Below, piece by piece: positions 28,666 to 35,483 of a stretch of 46,444 nucleotides of DNA. A model generated the notes under the pieces. The model did no database searches. It was not told where the DNA came from and saw only the letters and a list, made by a program, of their open reading frames with translations. The translations under genes and the position numbers were made by a program. The DNA comes from a virus (taxonomy: Duplodnaviria > Caudoviricetes): IMG/VR virus record IMGVR_UViG_3300025018_000215, positions 1 through 46,444 of that record; one strand, given 5' to 3'. Every line of letters starts with the position of its first letter. Position 1 is the stretch's first letter.

Positions 28666-29223
28666 TTAGATACTTTTAACTATTAATTCGCCTTGTATGT
28701 ACTCATAAGATTGCACATTTTCGTATTGATCCATAAGATAATCATTAATAGAATATAGCTTTACAGATTCATTTTTCAGATAGTAATGTATTTTTGCATC
28801 TGTTTCATCGCCTAAAAACATGAACCCGTCACATGATCTGATTTTGTTTTTTTCATAATCTGCTATATTTTTGGCGATATATTCATCAAGCTTTACCTCA
28901 TTATAAGTAATAAATACTTGACAATTATCTGTGGTATAGTTATAGTATTTTGGTGAATAGGCTTTACCGTCAAGCTCTATTGATTTTATAACATCATCAA
29001 GGATATTATTATTCATCAGTTCACACCATGATTTTGCTAGATCCTGAATAAATCCCTCATTATCATGAGTCCATTCTATAGCGTAATAGTCGACGCCTAG
29101 ATCATCCATAATAATATCCTCTGCCTCAGTTATGGTAAAAGTGTCATATGTGTCTATGGTGTACGGCGTGAAAGTGATTTCGAATTTGATTTTTTTCATG
29201 TTATTGATTATTTTTGCTTGCAT
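28666..29223 (-). CDS. Hypothetical acidic early protein
   Basis: 185 aa; SPKYYNYTTD and SCDGF motifs. Confidence 0.7.
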   Translation of the reverse strand: MQAKIINNMKKIKFEITFTPYTIDTYDTFTITEAEDIIMDDLGVDYYAIEWTHDNEGFIQDLAKSWCELMNNNILDDVIKSIELDGKAYSPKYYNYTTDNCQVFITYNEVKLDEYIAKNIADYEKNKIRSCDGFMFLGDETDAKIHYYLKNESVKLYSINDYLMDQYENVQSYEYIQGELIVKSI

Positions 29224-29224
29224 A

Positions 29225-29407
29225 TTAGTTGAATTTAGCTTTTACCTCTCCCAATTTAGCCCGCAAAAACGCCCGCAATTCCTCCACATCTCTCAAAGCG
29301 TCTACTACGTCTCTATTATCAAGCTCTAAAATTGCCTTTTTGATCCAATTTGTATGATAAGGACTATTAGCTACCTCTATTTTTATCTGTGATGGTGTTT
29401 TATTCAT
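29225..29407 (-). CDS. Hypothetical protein
   Basis: Likely start MNKTP; RDVVDALRDVE. Confidence 0.6.
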   Translation of the reverse strand: MNKTPSQIKIEVANSPYHTNWIKKAILELDNRDVVDALRDVEELRAFLRAKLGEVKAKFN

Positions 29408-29426
29408 GTTTATTTTGTTAGTCTTA

Positions 29427-29639
29427 TTAGTTTCCTTTACAGTCACTTGCGAATAACTCCCACTTTTCAACATCTGATCCTTTGAAACCATTATAATCTG
29501 AGGTAAGGTGTATACACTCTGACACTTGCATTAGAGCATTGTCCCGGGCGTTGGTGTATTGTATTCCTATGTAAAAGGAAACTAACCCGATCATTATTAG
29601 TAGTATGTAAGTTGCTTTGTTCATTTTGTTATATTGCAC
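29427..29639 (-). CDS. Small membrane-anchored protein, first gene of the leftward arm
   Basis: N-terminal hydrophobic helix. Confidence 0.55.
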   Translation of the reverse strand: MQYNKMNKATYILLIMIGLVSFYIGIQYTNARDNALMQVSECIHLTSDYNGFKGSDVEKWELFASDCKGN

Positions 29640-30332
29640 TTGGCTGTGCTTTATTTGTTAATTTGCCCGCAAAACTATTTAGTTATAGCTTTACTTCTCC
29701 ATACTACTACAGATCCAAAACAAAAGAAAAGTATAAACTGTGGATAAGTGGTAATAATATAGGTACATTGTATCAAGTCCCCAAATCAATAGGCCTTAAA
29801 TCGCAATTTTAGCCCTCGTTTTTACCATAAAAGGGCTTAACAAGGCTATATTTATACATATGACCATATGAACGCCCGCAAGTCAATTAAACAGTTATAA
29901 CACAAAAACGCCCGCAATTCAATATAATACCATACACATACATATACATACATATATAAACATCACTATATAAGAGAATACACTATACATACTATAGGTA
30001 ATCATACTATGTATATTAAAAAGGATATTAAGATCAAGTATAGCTATTGGGTACATATGTAAGGTATAGCCCTATACAGTAGCCCTGTAAGGTATACATA
30101 TAGGGTGCACTTGTGCTTTGAATAGGCTCTATCATGTATGTTAATAGGTCATTAAGTATTCTTATATGGTCTCAAAGTATACTGTCACGTGTCGACAAGG
30201 CTACCTAAAAGGAATACATACCCTATAACATACACCATATAGGGACACACAATAGGCATATCAGTCAAGTATATGTCATAATATGCCACCATATACCCCC
30301 ATAACGTCTATAATATGGCTTAACTACGTTGT

Positions 30333-30360
30333 TGGTCGCAAAATACATATTGTGCGACGT
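30333..30360. other. dif-like (tyrosine recombinase) site, 11-6-11 inverted repeat
   Basis: TGGTCGCAAAA-TACATA-TTGTGCGACGT, flanked by 13-bp direct repeats ATATGGCTTAACT (30313, 30366). Confidence 0.55.
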
Positions 30361-30483
30361 TGATTATATGGCTTAACTGCATGGGAGGGGAGGCGGAGCC
30401 ACGTCCCGGGTACTTATATTTAACTACCCCAACCAAATTTTATAATATTTTTGATATATAATGTATTACATCATAGTAATTAG

Positions 30484-30528
30484 TTATCCACAAAAGTCAC
30501 TTGCAAAATGTATCGCATATGATATAAT
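30484..30528 (+). promoter_or_regulatory. Promoter with upstream DnaA box at the start of the rightward arm
   Basis: TTATCCACA ... TTGCAA-16 bp-TATAAT (TGA-TATAAT). Confidence 0.75.
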
Positions 30529-30538
30529 GGCAAGTAGA

Positions 30539-30689
30539 AGGTAGAGTTCTTTTGGGGGAACGACAGAGGTGGGATGTCAGGCTATTATCGGAATGGCCGC
30601 CCGTTGAGAATGGTTACAGCCCCGCGAGGCATGTAGCGACAACCGTTCAGGCTCAACACAAGACATCTTTCCCCGAAAGGACTTTACTT
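30539..30689 (+). ncRNA. Structured RNA (~150 nt) directly after the promoter
   Basis: 22-bp closing stem (30539-60/30668-89) paired with G-U; inner stems GATGTC/GACATC, GGCTATT/AATGGCC, GTTGAG/CTCAAC. Confidence 0.65.
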
Positions 30690-30723
30690 AAAAGTACATT
30701 AACAAAGAAAGGAGGTGATCAAA

Positions 30724-30945
30724 ATGAGCACTATAGTGCATAACACCTTGATAGAAGACACGGCAGATATTCTCCACACACGTGACCAGAATGTCTTCCT
30801 ACGAGTCGTGCGGGGAGATAAACGGGCTGCAATGGTCCTATATCGTAACTGGTTGGCGAGGCGTACAATCACACAGGAGACGGAAGATTTCTGTCTCGGC
30901 ACAATGAAGGAGAAATTATGCTTGAAGAAGCTGCTTCGAAGCTAG
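30724..30945 (+). CDS. Hypothetical protein
   Basis: Preceded by a strong SD, AAAGGAGGTGA. Confidence 0.6.
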   Translation: MSTIVHNTLIEDTADILHTRDQNVFLRVVRGDKRAAMVLYRNWLARRTITQETEDFCLGTMKEKLCLKKLLRS

Positions 30946-31118
30946 GAATTACTGAACAGCAGATCTTTCGCGAGGCCTGTATAAGTTCATTTGCTCCGGG
31001 CTTTGCTATCAATCCCGAAAAAGTGTACGAATGTTATTGCTATTCGGGTTTCATTCCTTATTTTGTAACGGACTACATACGGGAGGTTCTCGATGAGGTT
31101 GACGTACCTGGTAATTGA
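30918..31118 (+). CDS. Hypothetical protein
   Basis: 66 aa; AGGAG upstream. Confidence 0.55.
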   Translation: MLEEAASKLGITEQQIFREACISSFAPGFAINPEKVYECYCYSGFIPYFVTDYIREVLDEVDVPGN

Positions 31119-31185
31119 TGGTGTCGTTGTTCTTTATAAGCTTCATATATGGAGGCAAGCTAAATACTGACAAGCGTGAAGCATT

Positions 31186-31207
31186 GGGGAGGTAAAATCT
31201 CCCCTTT
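31186..31207 (+). terminator. Possible intrinsic terminator
   Basis: GGGGAG/CTCCCC stem followed by TTT. Confidence 0.5.
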
Positions 31208-31233
31208 GGTTTACTTGTAGTTTACTTGTAAAA

Positions 31234-31262
31234 TTGCTAATTAGGTCTTTATGTGGTATAAT
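31234..31262 (+). promoter_or_regulatory. Sigma70-type promoter
   Basis: TTGCTA-17 bp-TATAAT (TGTGGTATAAT). Confidence 0.75.
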
Positions 31263-31270
31263 ATGCCTGT

Positions 31271-31852
31271 ATGACACTTACACCGGAGAAAAAAAATAGC
31301 TTGTTTAAACTACTGGCCGACAATACTTTGTATGAGGCTGGTGTTAAGCTTGGAATGGATAAACATTACAAGACAACTAATGCTTTGAAACAGGCAGTCT
31401 ATCGGCATTACAATGAGGTTAAAAATAATCCGGAGAAATTCGCGATTACACAGGAAACGGTGGACCTCGTAAGTAATATTGTAAGTAATCGTTCTACAAC
31501 AACCCCTGTAACGAGTCAAGAAAAGACGCTTGCGGAGAAAAAAGCGGCGAATGAACTGGCGGAAGTTGATATTGGTGAACTAGTAACAAGTGGGCGGGAC
31601 AAAGCGTTCAAGTTGTTACACAAGAAACTGGGGACCATAGAGCGATCTAAGAAGGAGTTGAAGGATATTAGTTTGTCGGCACTTACGACGGCAGCTGCAA
31701 TTCTATTTGATAAAGGTCAGATTATTGCGGGGCAAGCTACGGAGAACATTGCGGTACTCGCTAAGGTTGACAAAGATATGTCGCCACAGGATGCACTTGA
31801 TTATGTGTTGCGAGCGAGGGAAATAAATGTTACGGAGAAGGCGAGAAAGTAG
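31271..31852 (+). CDS. Probable terminase small subunit
   Basis: 193 aa helical; ILFDKGQIIAGQATENI tail; upstream of the large terminase. Confidence 0.6.
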   Translation: MTLTPEKKNSLFKLLADNTLYEAGVKLGMDKHYKTTNALKQAVYRHYNEVKNNPEKFAITQETVDLVSNIVSNRSTTTPVTSQEKTLAEKKAANELAEVDIGELVTSGRDKAFKLLHKKLGTIERSKKELKDISLSALTTAAAILFDKGQIIAGQATENIAVLAKVDKDMSPQDALDYVLRAREINVTEKARK

Positions 31853-31864
31853 AAAGTAAATTAA

Positions 31865-32054
31865 ATAGAGTGCTTACGCCCCTTTGTATGGGTGAAAAAC
31901 TAAGAAATCGAATCTGGGTAAACTACACGTGAGTTTCCTTAACAGAAAGAAATGGATTAGTGAGTAGGACTCCTATATTGCGTCTTGTTAATAATATTTA
32001 ATACACGGCAATAACTGTTCATGAAAACTGATCAAGGGGACGTAAGCACTTTAT
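31865..32054 (+). ncRNA. Structured RNA (~190 nt) upstream of the tRNA cluster
   Basis: Closing stem AGTGCTTACG-CCCCTT/AAGGGG-A-CGTAAGCACT plus nested stems. Confidence 0.6.
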
Positions 32055-32060
32055 AATAAT

Positions 32061-32195
32061 ATGAACAAGCAAACAAAAGCAGAAAAACGAGAGTTCATTC
32101 GCCGGAACAACTCGAAGATGATTGTAACGAATCGAAATATCTTTTTGATTCAGCAGATTAAGGCGGCAAAAGTGGAGAAAGAAGATAAAAAATAA
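32061..32195 (+). CDS. Small basic protein, 44 aa
   Basis: MNKQTKAEKREF...EKEDKK fills the gap between the ncRNA and the first tRNA. Confidence 0.45.
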   Translation: MNKQTKAEKREFIRRNNSKMIVTNRNIFLIQQIKAAKVEKEDKK

Positions 32196-32197
32196 AT

Positions 32198-32271
32198 TCC
32201 CGGATGGAGTAATGGTAATTCGCCAGCCTCATAAGCTGGAGATATCGGTTCGAATCCGGTTCTGGGAACCA
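32198..32271 (+). tRNA. tRNA with CAT anticodon (elongator Met or Ile2), genomic CCA
   Basis: Acceptor TCCCGGA/TCTGGGA; anticodon arm CCAGC-CTCATAA-GCTGG; TTCGAAT T-loop. Confidence 0.9.
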
Positions 32272-32366
32272 GTGGTAGTGCGGAATACATATACACAATA
32301 AGGGGGTGCGGTACCCCAACGCCTCTATGGGCGTAAGCTTTGCAGGTTCGAATCCTGCCTATCACT
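32272..32366 (+). ncRNA. tRNA-like RNA or pseudo-tRNA without a canonical anticodon arm
   Basis: Acceptor GTGGTAG/CTATCAC; perfect T-arm GCAGG-TTCGAAT-CCTGC; two hairpins replace the anticodon/variable arms. Confidence 0.7.
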
Positions 32367-32378
32367 GAACAATAACAA

Positions 32379-32530
32379 TGTTTCGCGACTTGCCTCGAGC
32401 GAAACTAGAGCAAACCTCTGTCGGTGTTATGTTTGTTTGAACCAGCCCGTATTCGGGAACACCGTACCTCAAGTCTATAAAGTACGTGGTCTTCGGGCCC
32501 TTCAAGGCAAGCGTATGGACAAGAGGTATA
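32379..32530 (+). ncRNA. Multi-stem RNA within the tRNA cluster
   Basis: CTTGCCT/AGGCAAG, CGGTGTT/AACACCG, CCCG-TATT-CGGG, GGTC-TTCG-GGCC. Confidence 0.6.
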
Positions 32531-32534
32531 AATA

Positions 32535-32607
32535 GTCGCCATAGCTCAACCGGAAGAGCACCTGTTTTGTAAACAGGAGGTTGAAGGTTCGATTCCTTCT
32601 GGCGGCT
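32535..32607 (+). tRNA. tRNA-Thr(TGT)
   Basis: Acceptor GTCGCCA/TGGCGGC; CCTGT-TTTGTAA-ACAGG; TTCGATT. Confidence 0.92.
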
Positions 32608-32616
32608 CTCGAAGAA

Positions 32617-32699
32617 GGGCGAATAGTCTCGTATGGAGCGAGGGCTGGCTGTAAACCAGTTGTCATTAGACCCACTTGGTTCGATTCCAGGTCCGCCCA
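32617..32699 (+). tRNA. tRNA-Tyr(GTA), long variable arm
   Basis: GCTGG-CTGTAAA-CCAGT; acceptor GGGCGAA/TCCGCCC with one mismatch. Confidence 0.88.
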
Positions 32700-32704
32700 A
32701 AAAT

Positions 32705-32775
32705 TGGTCTATGGTCCAGTGGTAGGACAGCGGTCTCCAAAACCGTTAGCGGTGGTTCGATTCCATCTAGGCTAG
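32705..32775 (+). tRNA. tRNA-Trp(CCA)
   Basis: GCGGT-CTCCAAA-ACCGT; acceptor TGGTCTA/TAGGCTA; discriminator G. Confidence 0.9.
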
Positions 32776-32803
32776 CATTATTAATAAGTAATAAAATAAT
32801 AAA

Positions 32804-32920
32804 ATGACACCAGATAACGAAGAAGTAAAAACAGAAGATGTAAAGGTAAACCCAGCAGATGTTCTTGCATCTTGCCCAGTTGATCCTTCAGAAGCAAACC
32901 AGTGCGATAGCTGTCAGTAA
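32804..32920 (+). CDS. 38-aa acidic peptide ending CPVDPSEANQCDSCQ
   Basis: AT-rich upstream context like other genes; TAATG-coupled to the HNH gene. Confidence 0.65.
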   Translation: MTPDNEEVKTEDVKVNPADVLASCPVDPSEANQCDSCQ

Positions 32921-33300
32921 TGGAGGTGAGGTTATGTAGTAGATGTAAAGAGAGACCTGTAAGGGCTGTTAATCAATACAGCTGTGCTTTTTGTCACAAT
33001 GAGTACCAAAAGATTTATATGCGTACTCATAAAGATATAAATAGAAAATCTTTTTTAAAAAGAAAAAAAGAGATAAGGGATTTAATCAAAGAAGCCAAAT
33101 CTAAACCATGTCTGGACTGCGGAGTTCTGTATCCTTATTATGTAATGGATTTAGATCATGTTCGGGGTGTTAAAAAATTTAATCTATCTATTGCTGCTCA
33201 AAAGAAATATGCAATAAGTACAATAGAATCAGAAATAGCAAAATGTGAATCAGTTTGTTCTAATTGCCATAGAGAAAGAACTTTTAATCGTCCACAGTAG
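32920..33300 (+). CDS. HNH endonuclease
   Basis: CLDC...DLDHVRG...KC..VCSNCHRERT; extra N-terminal CxxC pairs. Confidence 0.85.
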   Translation: MEVRLCSRCKERPVRAVNQYSCAFCHNEYQKIYMRTHKDINRKSFLKRKKEIRDLIKEAKSKPCLDCGVLYPYYVMDLDHVRGVKKFNLSIAAQKKYAISTIESEIAKCESVCSNCHRERTFNRPQ

Positions 33301-33314
33301 CTAGTAAAATATAC

Positions 33315-33343
33315 TTTACAGTATGTCAAAAAAATGTTATACT
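33315..33343 (+). promoter_or_regulatory. Promoter for the large terminase
   Basis: TTTACA-17 bp-TATACT with extended TG. Confidence 0.6.
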
Positions 33344-33350
33344 ATACGGT

Positions 33351-35018
33351 ATGACAAATTTTATTCCTCCTAAAACACCTGAAGAAAAAGAAGCCTTTAG
33401 TAAAGCTGAATTTGCACGGCGAGAAAAGAAATTCCGCGAGTACCTAGAAAGCCCCGAATATCAAGAGAAGCTTATTTTGAGACTGCAAATCAATGACGCG
33501 TGTATGCACAAAGCTGAGGCACGAGGGGCTACTGTTAATCTATGTAATCGAGAAGACAACATGGTAGAATCATGTATTTTCTTTATCGAGAACTTTGGAT
33601 TTACTTTTGATCCACGTTCGCAAGCTACAATAAACCACCTTCCATTTATCCTATTTGATTACCAGAAGGAAGCTATCCGTTGGATGATTCAGAACATTGA
33701 GAGTGGTACCGACGGTCTTGTTGAAAAGTCTCGAGACATGGGTATGACTTGGTTGCTCTTTGTGTGGATTCCTATCTGGTACTGGCTATTTCAAGATGGA
33801 ACTAACATCCTAGTAGGTTCATATAAGGAGGCTCTTGTAGACGACCGAACACAGGACTCTATCTTTGGTAAGCTTGACTATGCACTAGATTCATTGCCTA
33901 ATTGGATTCTCCCTAAAGGATTCAAAAAAGATAAAAACCGAAACCATATGAAGCTGGTAAACCCAGTTACACAGAACCTTATCACAGGCGATACTATGAA
34001 CCCATCATTCGGGCGAGGTGCTCGAAAGAACGTGATTCTTTTTGATGAGCTTGGATTTTGGGACTACGCAAAGGATGCGTGGGAATCTGCTGGTGACTCT
34101 ACAACCTGCCGTATTGCTAACTCAACACCTAAAGGATATAACTACTACGCTATGCTTCGCGAGTCGGGGATTAGTGTTTTGACTTTGCATTGGACATTAC
34201 ACCCACTCAAGGACCAGGCTTGGTACCAATTCGAGTGCTACAGACGTACACCTGAGGAAGTTGCACAGGAACTAGACATCTCATATAACAAATCTCAAGA
34301 AGGGCGAGTCTATCACGAATGGAATGAGGAGAATGTTGAAAAGGGAATATTTAAATATAACCCGGAGCTACAACTCTATGTAGGCTGGGATTTCGGTAAA
34401 ACTGACGATACAGCGATTATTTGGTGCCAACAGGACCCATTGACAGGTAAGCTACGAATCATCGACACATATCGCAATGCAGGGAAGATTATTGATTTCT
34501 TTGTTCCGTTTATTACAGGTATTGTTCCGTCAGATGGATATAAGTACAGTGCCCACGATATTGAAGTTATTGAACGACACCGAGGTTGGAAGACAGGTAC
34601 TCACTTTGGAGATCCTGCTGGAAGGTTTACTAACCAGGTTTCAAATGAAACAGTTATATCTGTGTTGAAGACTTATGGAATTACTGTTAATTTTCGCGAC
34701 GAATGGAAGGAGTTCCAGAACAGGAAGACTGCGGTTAAGGAACACTTGATTGAGGGTATTCAGCTTAACTTGAATGAGGACACTAAATACTTTGATGTAT
34801 GTATGTCACAAGCTTCATATCCAAAAGTTAAGAACGCGGGTGTTGAAGAGGTTCGATCACAGAAACCTAAACACGATTACACATCTCACTACCGATCTTC
34901 ATTTGAATACTTATGCCTCGGTATGCGGGAGCTAGTCAAGAAACGATTCCAAAGAACTTATGATAAATTTAAAAAACGACCCGAAGTTGGAAGACGACGA
35001 AGGGCAACAGGCTATTAA
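33351..35018 (+). CDS. terL: Terminase large subunit
   Basis: YQ, KSRDMGMTW (Walker A-like), ILFDE, STPKG, GWDFG...D nuclease, HD..SH. Confidence 0.92.
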   Translation: MTNFIPPKTPEEKEAFSKAEFARREKKFREYLESPEYQEKLILRLQINDACMHKAEARGATVNLCNREDNMVESCIFFIENFGFTFDPRSQATINHLPFILFDYQKEAIRWMIQNIESGTDGLVEKSRDMGMTWLLFVWIPIWYWLFQDGTNILVGSYKEALVDDRTQDSIFGKLDYALDSLPNWILPKGFKKDKNRNHMKLVNPVTQNLITGDTMNPSFGRGARKNVILFDELGFWDYAKDAWESAGDSTTCRIANSTPKGYNYYAMLRESGISVLTLHWTLHPLKDQAWYQFECYRRTPEEVAQELDISYNKSQEGRVYHEWNEENVEKGIFKYNPELQLYVGWDFGKTDDTAIIWCQQDPLTGKLRIIDTYRNAGKIIDFFVPFITGIVPSDGYKYSAHDIEVIERHRGWKTGTHFGDPAGRFTNQVSNETVISVLKTYGITVNFRDEWKEFQNRKTAVKEHLIEGIQLNLNEDTKYFDVCMSQASYPKVKNAGVEEVRSQKPKHDYTSHYRSSFEYLCLGMRELVKKRFQRTYDKFKKRPEVGRRRRATGY

Positions 35019-35020
35019 TT

Positions 35021-35389
35021 ATGACAGAAGGAACTAAATGGTTTCGACGCTTTTGTCGAGACTGCAAAAACATTTCATCAGATATACGGATAGTGCGAGT
35101 AAAGCTGGGATTTTACCGTATCTACTTTCGACAGGCTTACATCCATGAGGTCTATAAAGAGATGCCAGAGCATGGATATGACCTCGATGACCTAGACCCA
35201 CGATTTGAAAGTCAGCGATATTACGAGGAATTTGAGGACCAAGCAGAGCTAACTCGAAACATTAAAAACTATGTTGAAGGTTACTGGGAATCACTTGACC
35301 GCATACGTACTCGTACTTACCTAATGAGGAATAATCAGGAGTTCAACAAGAGTGCTACAAATGCTTACAAGCAGATGGTGATTAAGTAA
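35021..35389 (+). CDS. Hypothetical protein
   Basis: 122 aa between terminase and portal. Confidence 0.7.
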   Translation: MTEGTKWFRRFCRDCKNISSDIRIVRVKLGFYRIYFRQAYIHEVYKEMPEHGYDLDDLDPRFESQRYYEEFEDQAELTRNIKNYVEGYWESLDRIRTRTYLMRNNQEFNKSATNAYKQMVIK

Positions 35390-35399
35390 TACTACATAA

Positions 35400-35428
35400 T
35401 TGCAATCTTGACAAGTCTGTGGTATAAT
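35400..35428 (+). promoter_or_regulatory. Sigma70-type promoter
   Basis: TTGCAA-17 bp-TATAAT (TGTGGTATAAT). Confidence 0.75.
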
Positions 35429-35483
35429 ATTACCATTGCAATAAATGCAGGTTTTTTACTAATCTGCAATAACTATTTAAAAT

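Noticed and set aside
30383-30394. Canonical KOPS (GGGNAGGG) beside the dif-like site
   Set aside because: Only near matches (GGGGAGGC)
32319-32334. Amber-suppressor anticodon (CTA) in the tRNA-like hairpin
   Set aside because: The loop is not a 7-nt anticodon loop and the hairpin sits in the variable-arm position
31865-32530. GOLLD/ROOL-type giant RNA, tmRNA or group I intron spanning the tRNA cluster
   Set aside because: The structured blocks are short, separately closed and interrupted by an ORF and a tRNA; no P7 core or tmRNA ends recognised by eye
32150-32775. ORFs 32150-32365, 32362-32700 and 32581-32775
   Set aside because: Shadow frames over tRNAs and ncRNAs
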